In this document: piece after piece, positions 46,741 to 56,726 of the stretch | Layout of the letters: each line of letters opens with the position of its first letter | Numbering within the stretch: the stretch's first letter is position 1 | Assembly: GCA_965219385.1 (NCBI GenBank) | Contig: CBDCNM010000001.1 | Location: 110,631 to 174,630, forward strand | Reading direction: 5' to 3' | DNA: 64,000 bases | Source: Candidatus Latescibacterota bacterium | GTDB taxonomy: Bacteria; Latescibacterota; UBA2968; UBA8231 | Notes under the pieces: model-generated | Told to the model about the DNA's origin: nothing | Databases searched by the model: none | Seen by the model: the letters and a program-made list of their open reading frames with translations, nothing else | Position numbers and translations under genes: made by a program

Positions 46741-48321
46741 TCACCCCGGCCGGGGGCCGGCTGCCTGCAACTCCGAGGCGAATCCTTCGTACTCGGCAAA
46801 GTGTTCGATGAAGAGACGGACCAGGTCGCGAGCCTTTTCGTCGTAGGCCCGCGGGTCTTTCCAGGTGCGGCGGGGCCGCAGTAGCTCTGCCGGGACACCC
46901 GGACACGCCAGGGGCACGGCAAGGCCGAAGAAGGGGGCCTCCTCGGATTCGGCCGCGTCCAGCTTGGCTTTTAGGATGGCGGAAACAATGGCGCGGGTAT
47001 AGGCGATGCTGATGCGCTCGCCCTGGCCGTAGGGGCCGCCGATCCAGCCGGTGTTGACCAGCCAGCACCGGGTGTTGTGCCGGCGGATCTTTTCTCCCAG
47101 CTGGCGGGCGTAGAAGGTGGGGTGGAGCATCATGAAGGGGGCGCCAAAGCAGGGCGAAAAGGTGGCGGTGGGCTCTTTGACACCGCGTTCGGTGCCGGCC
47201 ACTTTGGCGGTGTACCCGGAAATGAAGTAGTACATAGCCTGCTCGGTGGTCAGTCTGGCCACGGGCGGCAGGACCCCGAAGGCATCGCAGGTGAGCATGA
47301 TGAGATGGTCGGGGTGGTTGCCCAGGCCGTCGCTGCTGGCATTGGGGATGTAGTCGATAGGATAGGAGGCCCGGGTGTTTTCCGTCAGGCTGCCATCGTC
47401 CAGATCCACCCGCCGGGTCTCGGGATCGACAACCACGTTCTCCAGGATGGTGCCGAAGTGTTGGGTGGTGGAGTAGATTTCGGCTTCCTCCCGCGGGCTC
47501 AGATTGATGACCTTGGCGTAACACCCGCCCTCGAAGTTGAAGATGCCACTAGCGCTCCAGCCGTGCTCGTCGTCGCCGATCAGGATGCGGTCGGCACTGA
47601 CCGAGAGGGTGGTTTTGCCGGTGCCGGAAAGACCGAAGAACAAGGCGGTTTCGCCCTCCTCGCTCATGTTGGCCGAGCAGTGCATGCTCATAATGTTCTG
47701 CTTGGGCAGGATGTAGTTGAGAACGGAAAAGATGGACTTTTTCATCTCTCCGGCGTAGTGGGTTCCGCCGATGAGCACCAGTTTGCGGCCCGGGTGCACC
47801 AGGATAAAGGCTTCCGAGCGGGTGTGGTCCTCCGCGGGTACGGCCTGGCAACCGGGCGCAAAGATCAGGTGCCAGTCGGGCTCGAAGGCCGCCAGGCTCC
47901 GCGGGTCAAGTTCCCGGATGAACATGTTGCGGGCAAAGAGGCTGTGCCAGGCGAACTGGGTGACGATCCGGGTGGATACGCGGTAGCGGGGATCGGCCCC
48001 GGCATAACAGTCCTGCACAAACAGGTCCCGGCCCTGGAGATAGGCCGACACGCGGGCCAGGACGCCCTCGAAGTGCTCTTCCGCGAAAGGCCGGTTTACC
48101 TTGCCCCACCAGATATCTTTTTCCGAAGAGGGTTCGCGGATGATGAATTTGTCGTTGGGGGAGCGGCCGGTGTAGGCGCCGGTCTCCACCACCATGGGAC
48201 CCAGGTGGGCAATGGCGCCTTCGCCTCGGACCACGATTTCCTCGTAGAGTCGCGCACTGGGAAGGTTGCGGTGTATTTTTCCCGGGCGAGTCAGGCCTAG
48301 GTAGGTAAGGTCCAGGGACAT
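46741..48321 (-). CDS. pckA: phosphoenolpyruvate carboxykinase (ATP)
   Basis: Kinase-1a GLSGTGKTT and the PckA-specific region HCSAN...GGTHYAGEMKK. 526 aa. Confidence 0.92.
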   Translation of the reverse strand: MSLDLTYLGLTRPGKIHRNLPSARLYEEIVVRGEGAIAHLGPMVVETGAYTGRSPNDKFIIREPSSEKDIWWGKVNRPFAEEHFEGVLARVSAYLQGRDLFVQDCYAGADPRYRVSTRIVTQFAWHSLFARNMFIRELDPRSLAAFEPDWHLIFAPGCQAVPAEDHTRSEAFILVHPGRKLVLIGGTHYAGEMKKSIFSVLNYILPKQNIMSMHCSANMSEEGETALFFGLSGTGKTTLSVSADRILIGDDEHGWSASGIFNFEGGCYAKVINLSPREEAEIYSTTQHFGTILENVVVDPETRRVDLDDGSLTENTRASYPIDYIPNASSDGLGNHPDHLIMLTCDAFGVLPPVARLTTEQAMYYFISGYTAKVAGTERGVKEPTATFSPCFGAPFMMLHPTFYARQLGEKIRRHNTRCWLVNTGWIGGPYGQGERISIAYTRAIVSAILKAKLDAAESEEAPFFGLAVPLACPGVPAELLRPRRTWKDPRAYDEKARDLVRLFIEHFAEYEGFASELQAAGPRPG

Positions 48322-48455
48322 GGAGGCGAGCCTTTTAAAGTCAGATAAAAAACAGCAGCTGTATTGCCATTATAGGTGCTGTGGTAAAATTCGTCAACTC
48401 AAGAATCTACCAAGCAGTGCAGTCAAGTGGTTTATCCCCAAAGGGCAAGGCCTGA

Positions 48456-48513
48456 TTATGCCAAAATGGCATTATTTGTGGTTAGCAGAAACAATCATGC
48501 CAAAATGGCATAA
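48456..48513 (+). promoter_or_regulatory. two copies of a perfect 15-bp palindrome (ATGCCAAAATGGCAT) upstream of the hsp20 pair; candidate operator
   Basis: TTATGCCAAAATGGCATTAT at 48456-48475 and TCATGCCAAAATGGCATAAA at 48494-48513, about 215 bp upstream of the first hsp20 ATG. Does not match CIRCE, HAIR or CtsR consensus. Confidence 0.5.
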
Positions 48514-48727
48514 AGATTGGATCCCCCCTCTACCGCTTTTTTCTCAACCCCTCATCTTTGCGTCCTCTTTCAATCCTGATAAATATCATAAAATATTGAT
48601 TTTAATAGAATTATGATTCCATAAAACCAGAGGCTAAAGAGGTCTGGCACAGGGTTTGCGACAGGTGGGGCGAAAGCGAAAACCGCGGGAATTCAACCCG
48701 CTTTACCTTTAAAAGGAGGAACCTACC

Positions 48728-49171
48728 ATGTTGACCCATACTTTCCTGCCCAGCGTCTTCAGGGGTTCGTTGCGCCCCTGGAATGGATTCGGCGAATTCG
48801 GACGCCTGCACGACGAAGTAAGTCGGCTCTTCTCTACGGGCAGTGAATTTCCCGCCCTGAACGCGTGGAGCAATGACGAGGAAACCATCGTCAAGGCCGA
48901 ACTCCCGGGCTTTGAGCCCGAGAACATTGAAATCTCGGTGGAGGGCAATACCCTGAGCTTGCGCGGGGAGCGAGAGGCCGAGGAGTTGAAGGACGGCGAG
49001 ACCTATTATCGCCGCGAGCGCTGGAACGGCAAGTTCGCCCGTTCCCTGAAGCTGCCTGCTGGGGTAGACGCCGACAAGGTCGAAGCCGAGTTCAGCAATG
49101 GCCTGCTCTCGATCAAACTGCCGCGCGCCGAGGCCCACAAACCCAGGAAGATCCCGGTCAAGGCTTCTTAA
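48728..49171 (+). CDS. Hsp20/alpha-crystallin family small heat-shock protein
   Basis: Alpha-crystallin domain (ELPGFEPENIEISVEGNTLSLRGER...GKFARSLKLP). Strong SD AAGGAGG. Confidence 0.9.
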   Translation: MLTHTFLPSVFRGSLRPWNGFGEFGRLHDEVSRLFSTGSEFPALNAWSNDEETIVKAELPGFEPENIEISVEGNTLSLRGEREAEELKDGETYYRRERWNGKFARSLKLPAGVDADKVEAEFSNGLLSIKLPRAEAHKPRKIPVKAS

Positions 49172-49203
49172 AGAAAAGAAACAAAATCACAGGAGGTGTT
49201 AAA

Positions 49204-49581
49204 ATGGTTGCCACCCAGGCACTGCAAACCACGGGAACTCAGCCGATCAGGCGGGTTTATTCACCCCGAACGGACATCTACGAGACCGATGAGGCGCTCG
49301 TGGTGGTGGCCGATTTACCTGGGGTAGAAGAGAAAGGACTCGACATCACCCTGAACGAGAACCGGCTCGTGATCCACGGTTCGTCCAGGGCCGGAGATTT
49401 CGAGGGCTACAACCTGGCCTACAGGGAGTACAACGATGGCGATTACGAACGCAGTTTCGTGCTTGCGGACGAGGTCGACAAAGAGAAGATCGATGCCGCC
49501 CTCAAGAACGGCGTGCTCGAGCTGAGGCTCCCCAAGGTCAAAGAGGCCGCCGCGCGCCAGATTGCGGTCAAGAGCGGCTAA
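49204..49581 (+). CDS. Hsp20/alpha-crystallin family small heat-shock protein
   Basis: DLPGVEEKGLDITLNENRLVIHG...FERSFVL...GVLELRLPK. SD GGAGG. Confidence 0.9.
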   Translation: MVATQALQTTGTQPIRRVYSPRTDIYETDEALVVVADLPGVEEKGLDITLNENRLVIHGSSRAGDFEGYNLAYREYNDGDYERSFVLADEVDKEKIDAALKNGVLELRLPKVKEAAARQIAVKSG

Positions 49582-49604
49582 AAAAAGGGCTGCGACACAA
49601 GTGA

Positions 49605-49642
49605 AAGCGGGGCGCCCTTCTCGGAGGGCGCCCCGCTTTTTT
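49605..49642 (+). terminator. rho-independent terminator after the hsp20 pair (bidirectional potential)
   Basis: GCGGGGCGCCC-TTCTCGGA-GGGCGCCCCGC followed by TTTTTT. An A-run lies upstream. Confidence 0.85.
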
Positions 49643-49984
49643 AGTGCACTTGACGCAATCGGCGGACGGCCGAAAGAGGACCTTGCCTCTGGCGCTTTAT
49701 GAGTCCCAGATAGCGGAGCGTCCTTTCCCTGGTTGTCGGGCTTGCCTCAGGTACTCCCCCAAAAATCGACCGGGCTCCTTAGTCTATTCCTCTTAACCGG
49801 GAGAATCCCTATGAGACTTGGCGGCGTCAGAATGGGGAAAAGTTGACATAGGTCGTTTATCCCCCTACTGCAAGGCAATCGCACCAAAAATTGAGATTTG
49901 CCATAGGGTTATGTTATATTTTCTGTGTCTTTTTCGATGGCGCTGGCGCGCTGCTTCTCTCCCCTTCTCCTGGAACTTTTCCCC

Positions 49985-51006
49985 ATGGCACCTTCTGCTG
50001 ATTCACTTATTGAACATTTTTCCCAGGTACCCGATCCACGTATCGAGCGCAGCCAAAGGCATCGTCTCATCGATATTGTGGTCATTGCCATGACACCTTC
50101 GGCCGCGTCTTCGCCCGGATCTCGCCCGAGCATTTCCAGGACTGTTTCAGTGCTTGGGTCCAATCCCTCATCCCCAAGCTTGATGCGGAGATTGTGCCTA
50201 TTGATGGCAAGACGTTGCGCCACTCTTATGACCGAACCTCGGGTAAAGCAGCCGTACATAGGGTCAATGCCTGGGCGGTGAAAAACCGACTGGTGTTAGG
50301 CCAGTTCCACTATGAAGGCGGTCTGGACGAGATCACCATCATTCCCGAACTGCTGCGTGTGCTGGCGCTCAAAGGCTGCATCGTCACCGTTGATGCCATC
50401 GGCGGCCACCAAAGCGTGGCCGAACAGGTCATCGACCGGCAAGGCGACTACGTGCTGGCCGTCAAGGCCAATCAGCCCAAGCTGTTGAATCATGTGCGTC
50501 AGGTCTTCGACCGAGAGGAGCCTCAACTGCATCAGGATCTATCGGTCGACACGTTTGAGACCTACGATGAAAACCACGGCCGCATCGAGACCCGCCGTTA
50601 CTGGACCACCGATCAGGTCGACGATTTTGCCGATTGGACGGCCTGGAAGGGCTTGGGCTTGTTCGGTATGGTCGAAGCCCAGCGACAGGTAGGCGATCAA
50701 GTCTCCGTGGAACGACGCTACTAGATCTCCAGCTTGGACAACGATGCCCAGCGGTTTGGTGAAGCGGTGCGCAGTCATTGGAGCATTGAAAATTCCTTGC
50801 ACTGGGTACTGGATGTGGTCTTCCGCGAAGACGACTCCCGGGTACGCACCGGCCATGCCCCGGAAAATATGGCCCTCCTGCGACAGATGGCCGTGAGTCT
50901 GCTCCAGCAAGAGAAGACGGCCAAGGTCGGCGTCCAGACCAAACGGCTCAAGGCCGGATGGGATAACACCTATTTGGCTAAAGTATTGTCCGCTGGTCAC
51001 TTTTGA
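49985..51006 (+). pseudogene. ISAs1 family transposase, disrupted by two frameshifts
   Basis: Three frame segments (49925-50281, 50194-50724, 50734-51006) together align along ISAs1/H-repeat transposases (IEHFSQVPDPR..., IDGKTLRHSYD..., VRSHWSIENSLHWVLDVVFREDDSR...). Confidence 0.85.
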
Positions 51007-51070
51007 TGCGATTGCCCTGGGGGGCGCTATCGAGGGACGATACGAGTATCCGGAAGCCACCTCGATCCTG

Positions 51071-51451
51071 ATGCGGTGCGACCGTGGTGGTCGTAACGGC
51101 TGTCGGAGGGTCCTCTTCAAAGTGGCACTACAACGCTTTGCCGAAGAAATCGGGTGGGTTATTCGGGTCGCTCATTTTCCTCCTTATACGTCCAAATACA
51201 ACCCGATCGATCATCGCTTATTTCCCCCTGGGCACCGGGTTTGTCAAGGCGTCCTTTTTACCGGTATCAAGCGCGTCAAAGAATTGATGGCGAAGGCCAC
51301 GACGAAAACGGGGTTACGGGGGCGCGTCCACCTCCTGAATAAGGTTTATCAGACCGGACGAAAAGTAACCCGGGAAATCAAAGAGCAGATGCGCATCCTT
51401 TTTGATGCGGATTTACCTGAATGGAATTATCCACTGCTTCCGGCCGAGTAA
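51071..51451 (+). pseudogene. C-terminal fragment of an ISAzo13-like (DDE) transposase
   Basis: VAHFPPYTSKYNPIDHRLF...VYQTGRKVT...LPEWNYPLLP resembles the conserved C-terminus of the ISAzo13 family. The N-terminal two thirds are missing. Confidence 0.45.
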
Positions 51452-51623
51452 TTCCATCGTCAATCCTTAACGAAGAGCTGCTGCGCGCCCATCTGGTTCC
51501 CGGTGAAGTGTGGTGGGATTGAATGCCTCGGGTGGGATCACGGCATCAATCACGCACTAGTCGCCCGGCACTTCCCACTTTTCCCTTTCCCGCTGCTTTT
51601 GCCCAATCCGCTCGATCAGGTCA

Positions 51624-53105
51624 CTATATGTCGTTATATGTCGTCTCGCCATCACTCGCAAGATACCTCATGAGTTCGACCAGCCCTAAGGTGTCGAGCT
51701 TGCAATAATCCAACAACTCGCGTACCAGCCGTTGACGCTCGGCTGCATCGGTGTCAGGGTTGATGATCCGCAAATAGGCCGTTCCCGCCGCGTTCCCGTC
51801 CTGCACTTCACCAAGCGATCCATAGTCGAGATGAGGTGCCACCATGGGCAAGACGTTCTTGATTGACCACGAACCGAGCATATCGGGGTGATAGTAAGTC
51901 TTCCGCACGATGGGAAGGAGATTCACAAGTCTTTCTATCAATTTGTGCAAATCTTCGGCAAAATCGGGATAGCGGGCTACCAGCGCATTCAAGACAGTCT
52001 TTTCATAGCTCCCGTATGCGAAGACCGGCCCTTCCTTGCCTACAACCCTTAGCAACGATTCCGCGCAGATACGCATCGGTGGGTTGCCGATGGTGTCAAC
52101 ATATTCCTCGTGCCGAAACTCACCGCTGGCAAGCTCAATGTGGCAGGACCATTGAAACGGCAATGCCTCGTAGGGGCGCGTACCTTCCCAGATGGGAACC
52201 ACGAATTGGATCGTCTCAAAGTCGAGGTAGTAGCGCGGATAACCATACTCGTCCACCTCGGCGGCCTCCGGCTTCAGTTCCGGCTCGCCCGCAATCGTGA
52301 CACGTCGTACCCATTCCTGTGTGGCACTACTCAAGCGGCCGTCAGGAATGTCGCGGATGTCTTCAATGCCTTCGGCAGTCAAGGCGTCCATGAGTTGATG
52401 GGAAACGTGAGGAAGGGATCGTAGCGGATACTCGGTCTCCTCGCCGCGGCAATAACCGATAAAGGGACAATCATAGGGTACCGTGCATTGGGATCCCATT
52501 TCGATTTCGGGTTCGCCGTCGTTGAGCACTTCTCTGTAGCGCTGCACCCATTGCGGGACTTCGCGGCTCAGTTCCCGCACCTCTTCCGTGACGTCCTCAT
52601 GGCGAAACAGGCCCTGGTAGTCGTCGTTGCCGGGATACACGAACTGATTGTCGATGTGACAAAGCCGGATAGCCTTGACCGGGATACCCGCGCATTCCAG
52701 AACCCAAGTCTGCACTGCACAATCTTCGTAATAATGATCCTTGACCGAGGTGCTGGACTTTACCTCGATGAGTTCAAAGCCCTCGCGGCACTGCTTGAAG
52801 ATATCTACGCGGACCAGAACATCCTGCGCCTTGAAGGTAGCCTCGAAGATCGGCGTACCGGGCTGTTCTTCCAGCAGACGCTTGGTGTCCTCCACGGCAG
52901 CCTCTGCTCCGTGATCGTAAGAGATGAGCACCCCACCCGGATATTGGGCGCGGGCCACATTGTTGACGTCATGGCCTACCGCGAAACGCTGTTCGACGTC
53001 GGGGCCATGTTCAATGAGATCGGGCCGACGCACCTCCAGCCATAGACGCTTTTCACACTGGCGACCCGCCATGATTTTCGATTTGGAGAGATACTGTCTT
53101 GTCAT
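51624..53105 (-). CDS. DUF2779 domain protein (predicted Cas4-like PD-(D/E)XK nuclease N-domain + RNase-H-like exonuclease C-domain)
   Basis: N-terminal signature YLSKSKIMAGRQCEKRLWLEV (DUF2779: LSKS...G.QC.KRLWL). ATG 3 nt after the upstream gene's stop. Confidence 0.7.
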   Translation of the reverse strand: MTRQYLSKSKIMAGRQCEKRLWLEVRRPDLIEHGPDVEQRFAVGHDVNNVARAQYPGGVLISYDHGAEAAVEDTKRLLEEQPGTPIFEATFKAQDVLVRVDIFKQCREGFELIEVKSSTSVKDHYYEDCAVQTWVLECAGIPVKAIRLCHIDNQFVYPGNDDYQGLFRHEDVTEEVRELSREVPQWVQRYREVLNDGEPEIEMGSQCTVPYDCPFIGYCRGEETEYPLRSLPHVSHQLMDALTAEGIEDIRDIPDGRLSSATQEWVRRVTIAGEPELKPEAAEVDEYGYPRYYLDFETIQFVVPIWEGTRPYEALPFQWSCHIELASGEFRHEEYVDTIGNPPMRICAESLLRVVGKEGPVFAYGSYEKTVLNALVARYPDFAEDLHKLIERLVNLLPIVRKTYYHPDMLGSWSIKNVLPMVAPHLDYGSLGEVQDGNAAGTAYLRIINPDTDAAERQRLVRELLDYCKLDTLGLVELMRYLASDGETTYNDI

Positions 53106-53108
53106 GGT

Positions 53109-54746
53109 TCACCTAGTTTGTTCAAGTGGTTTGTTAAGCGTATCTGCGAAAACAATACCGCGCACCCAATCCTCGAACCATTGGGGTGGCCCTAAGCCCG
53201 GATGCAACGGCAGGACACCGACGCGGTTTTCTTTGATGAAGTCTTGGTCTTTGAGCCGCCGGGCATCGCCTGCCGCCGGGATGAGCAGGATGCTGGCCGC
53301 TGGCCTGCGGTGGCCCATTCGCAGCGAGTCGTTGTAGATGTGAGCGGTCTCCATCTTGTTCAGTACATCCTTAGCCGTGTATTTCGCGTCGAAGATCAGA
53401 AACCCAGTGTTATCCCCAATCGTCCAGTCGAGAACGATGTCCGGGTGGCGTTCGCGGGAGACCGACCAGAACTCGTTCTTCTCGCCTCGGGTGTTGCGGA
53501 ACGTGGCTTGAAACTGTAGCCGCACCCTGTCGCCCTCTCCTGACTCTCCCTCCAGCGATTGATGTTTGCCGTCAGCCGTATTCGACGGGTCGGTCCAGGC
53601 CATTTTTGGAAATAGCTGCCTCTGCTTCACCCACTGGCTCATTTTGACGAAGCACCATCGCTCATAGATGCCCCAAGTTGGGTTGAGCGGAAGCCAGTCC
53701 GCCTGTTCCGACCCGGCGATGCCCCTTCGCAGTGCTTCCCAGCCAACACGCCAGACCTGTGCATACAGCGGATGCGCCGCTACTGCGTTCAGTCCAGCAG
53801 CAGTCACTTCTGGCCGCGTCACATCTCGGAAAGGAAGTTGGCGGCTTGCCCGCTCCAAACGCTGGTTCAGTTGACTGAGTACTTTTTTCCATACCGGCCA
53901 GCGCGGTGTCAATGCCGTTTCCGTTTCGGACGAATTTTCCTTGTCAACATTCTCCTGTAGTTTTTTGGTCAACTCTGAGCATCGCTGCTGTAGCTGCCGC
54001 AGCATATATAACAAGCAACGGTTCGCAGGATTGTCGTAGTGGTACTCAACAGCCGGAGTATCGACAACAGGTGGTTGGGTGAAAGACATCGTTTCTTTCG
54101 GTAGAACGCCCGCGATGGCAAGCAATGCAGGTTGTCGCAATGCTGCTCGGGCACTCTGCCTATCAGCACGACGTACGAGGTGTGGCAATGTCAAGTGGCG
54201 GCGTGGGCGCAAGGTTTGAACCGGTTCTCGATTCACGGCAGCAAGCGCCCGATCAATCTGTTCGACTCGACTGCGAAGCCGGTAGAACTCAATGATCAGA
54301 TCAGCAAACTCGTCCAAATCAGCAAACTCGTCCAAGGTACCGAACTGCCGTTGCGCCGGTTCTTGGCCGATTGTGAGCACGGGATTGTATCTGCGGATGT
54401 CATCAAGCATCTGTTGAAATACTTCACGGCTTGCCTTATCTGGATCGGGGTTCACATCAAGACGCCACCGCCCCACGGGTTTATTGTCCGCATTTTGCAT
54501 CTCTACATCGACTTCACCGGCATAGAAGCCAGGTGTCCATTTCCATTCGCCAGGACTGTCAGCCACCGGGGCCAATGGCGCATCGTCAACCAAAAGCCGC
54601 CAGCCGGGGCAGGCCGGACCTTGGAAAACAACTTCTTGCAGTTCAGAGAAACCGGGATTAACCGGCGGTTCTGATGATCGGTCGTCCGAGTCAGCCGGCG
54701 AGAGTAAGCGACAGAAGTCGCCTTTCTTTACATATAGGGAAACCAT
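53109..54746 (-). CDS. McrC-like PD-(D/E)XK endonuclease subunit (DUF2357-like)
   Basis: C-terminal nuclease core IVLDW...FLIFDAKYTAKD (D...D/E.K). Sits directly after the McrB-like AAA+ gene. Confidence 0.55.
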   Translation of the reverse strand: MVSLYVKKGDFCRLLSPADSDDRSSEPPVNPGFSELQEVVFQGPACPGWRLLVDDAPLAPVADSPGEWKWTPGFYAGEVDVEMQNADNKPVGRWRLDVNPDPDKASREVFQQMLDDIRRYNPVLTIGQEPAQRQFGTLDEFADLDEFADLIIEFYRLRSRVEQIDRALAAVNREPVQTLRPRRHLTLPHLVRRADRQSARAALRQPALLAIAGVLPKETMSFTQPPVVDTPAVEYHYDNPANRCLLYMLRQLQQRCSELTKKLQENVDKENSSETETALTPRWPVWKKVLSQLNQRLERASRQLPFRDVTRPEVTAAGLNAVAAHPLYAQVWRVGWEALRRGIAGSEQADWLPLNPTWGIYERWCFVKMSQWVKQRQLFPKMAWTDPSNTADGKHQSLEGESGEGDRVRLQFQATFRNTRGEKNEFWSVSRERHPDIVLDWTIGDNTGFLIFDAKYTAKDVLNKMETAHIYNDSLRMGHRRPAASILLIPAAGDARRLKDQDFIKENRVGVLPLHPGLGPPQWFEDWVRGIVFADTLNKPLEQTR

Positions 54747-54793
54747 ACCCGCTTTCCGGCTTATATAGGGGAACCAGACTCAAGTGAGGGGCA

Positions 54794-55522
54794 TCAACGC
54801 CAGAACCGAGCGCTGCCAGTGGCTTTAAGGTCATCAGACAATTCTTGAACTTTCTCCGCAGAACGGCTGAGGCCGTGTTCCTGAAGCACCTTTTTACAGT
54901 CAGAAAGTGCTTCGCGGATTCGCGTAGAGTCGTCGCCGCGCAACTTCGGCAGCACTTTGGCGTAGATCACTGAGTCTAATGCCTTTTCAAATGGCCAGTC
55001 GGGCCAGTCCTCTAGGCGGCGCGTGAGGAACGCTACGATCTCCTCAATGACGCGATAGCCAAAATGCAGACGGGCGCGTTCCAGTGTTCTAATCAGTTTC
55101 TCCAAGGTTTTCTTGACGAGATCTGCTTGCTCCGCTGGTAAATTGCTGTTATTCCAACCCGGCCACTTGTCAACATCGACCTTCCAGAACTCCAATGTGA
55201 AGGCCCGGTCGAGTACTTTGTCCACTAAACCGTATGTGGTCTCGTCCATGTTGACGGTACCGATCAGTACCAAGTTGTTTGGGTACCGGATGCTTTTAGG
55301 AACATCATCGAAGGTTTCCCCGCGACTGTGTAGTTCGATGCGACCGCCAGTCTCCATGGCACTCAACAGCGGTGCCAGATACTGCTCCGGATGCGACAGG
55401 TTCATCTCGTCGAGAATCGCCACATGTGGCGTATGTGGGTTATCGGCAGCATGAAGGAGCAACTTTAGGAAAGGTCTGCTCTCAAAGGTGTCTTTCTGAA
55501 TCGGGTTCGCGTAGCCGAGCAA
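54794..55522 (-). pseudogene. McrB-like AAA+ GTPase subunit, N-terminally truncated (Walker A region missing)
   Basis: Walker B AILDEMN and McrB signature NLVLIGTVNMDETTYGLVDKVLDRAFTLEF. Only about 240 C-terminal residues remain, with an in-frame stop upstream. An IS5 element lies 290 bp upstream. Confidence 0.6.
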
Positions 55523-55918
55523 GGATGATCCCGCTTGTGGCTTTCGGGGACAATCCTAATCCCTCCTCTTTCCGGCTCGCTGATGTCGGTCAGCCAGAAT
55601 CCGACCTTTAGCGACAACCTCGGAGCGGCTTTCCTTCGCGCTCAAAACGCCCTGGTCGGATGGGACCAGCCATCTCCTGCTCTCTCCGATGGACCTACGG
55701 GAGAAGAAGCGGGCCGCTCGGGGTCCCCCCGCCCCGGTTCCATCTCCTGCGCTACCACGGGATCCTGGCCCCCTGTGCCCGGGACCGCGGCCGCATCGGG
55801 CCCCCCAAACCGGATGAGAAGCCGTCTTAAAACCCGTTCTGTTTTAGCAACGACTTGAAAGGACGTACCCATTAAGCGACCTTTAGGTTCCATCACAAAG
55901 CCTGAAAGGTGCTATATA

Positions 55919-56251
55919 ATGAGTACGTCCCCTCAAGAATATGCAACGGATGTGACGGATGCACAATGGCAGCCGCTCTCTCCACTGCTGCCGGATCGCC
56001 GCTGGCGTCGGGGCGGTCCCGGCCGGCCGCCCTGTGATGTGCGCCTTGTCCTTAATGGCCTCCTCTACCGGGCCCAAACCGGTTGCCCGTGGAAGAGGCT
56101 GCCGCCGTCGTTTGGGCCTTGGAAGACGGTGTATGGCTACTTCAACCGCTGGCGGCAACAAGGCCATTGGAAGCGGATTCTCGACGCGCTGACGCAGCAG
56201 GATCGAAACCCGGCAGGGCTGCCCGCCGACCCCGTCAGCCGGGCTCATTGA
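55919..56251 (+). CDS. IS5 family transposase OrfA (DUF4096 N-terminal domain)
   Basis: YATDVTDAQWQPLSPLLP...LNGLLYRAQTGCPWKRLP. Confidence 0.8.
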   Translation: MSTSPQEYATDVTDAQWQPLSPLLPDRRWRRGGPGRPPCDVRLVLNGLLYRAQTGCPWKRLPPSFGPWKTVYGYFNRWRQQGHWKRILDALTQQDRNPAGLPADPVSRAH

Positions 56252-56336
56252 CGCCCAGAGCGTCAAGACGGCAACCCAAGGGAAAACAACCGGATACGAC
56301 GCCTTCAAAAAGGTCAAAGGACGCAAACGACCCCTG

Positions 56337-56726
56337 TTGGTTGATACCCAAGGACGCGTCATCGAATGCGTGGTGACCGCCGCTTCGACCGCCGACGCCG
56401 ACGGCTTGAAGGCGCTGTTGAGTACCTATTTTTCGCAAGGGGTGCAACGGTTGAAGAAGCTGTGGGGCGACGGCGGCTATCGAGGCGAGGCGCTCAACGA
56501 GTGGGTGGCCGGATTGAAAAAGACCCACAAAATAGACTGGGAGGTGGTGCAAAAACAAGGCCCCGGCTTTGGGGTGCTGCCGCGCCGGTGGGTAGTGGAA
56601 CGGACGTTTGCTGGGTTGTTCAATTATCGAGTCCACGCCAAAGACTACGAGGTCTTGCCCTGCAACAGTGAAGCGTTTATCCACATCGCCATGATTCATC
56701 TGTTACTCAAGCGAATCACTACCTGA
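56337..56726 (+). CDS. IS5 family transposase OrfB (DDE_Tnp_1 C-terminal part; joined to OrfA by a frameshift in the intact protein)
   Basis: KKLWGDGGYRGE...KIDWEVVQKQ...RWVVERTFAG...IAMIHLLLKRI. Confidence 0.8.
   Translation: MVDTQGRVIECVVTAASTADADGLKALLSTYFSQGVQRLKKLWGDGGYRGEALNEWVAGLKKTHKIDWEVVQKQGPGFGVLPRRWVVERTFAGLFNYRVHAKDYEVLPCNSEAFIHIAMIHLLLKRITT

Noticed and set aside
55642-55896. 84-aa minus ORF with GGPDAAAVPGTGGQDP, which could be read as a decayed McrB Walker A
   Set aside because: The region is GC-rich low-complexity and partly inside the IS terminus. Not distinguishable from chance.
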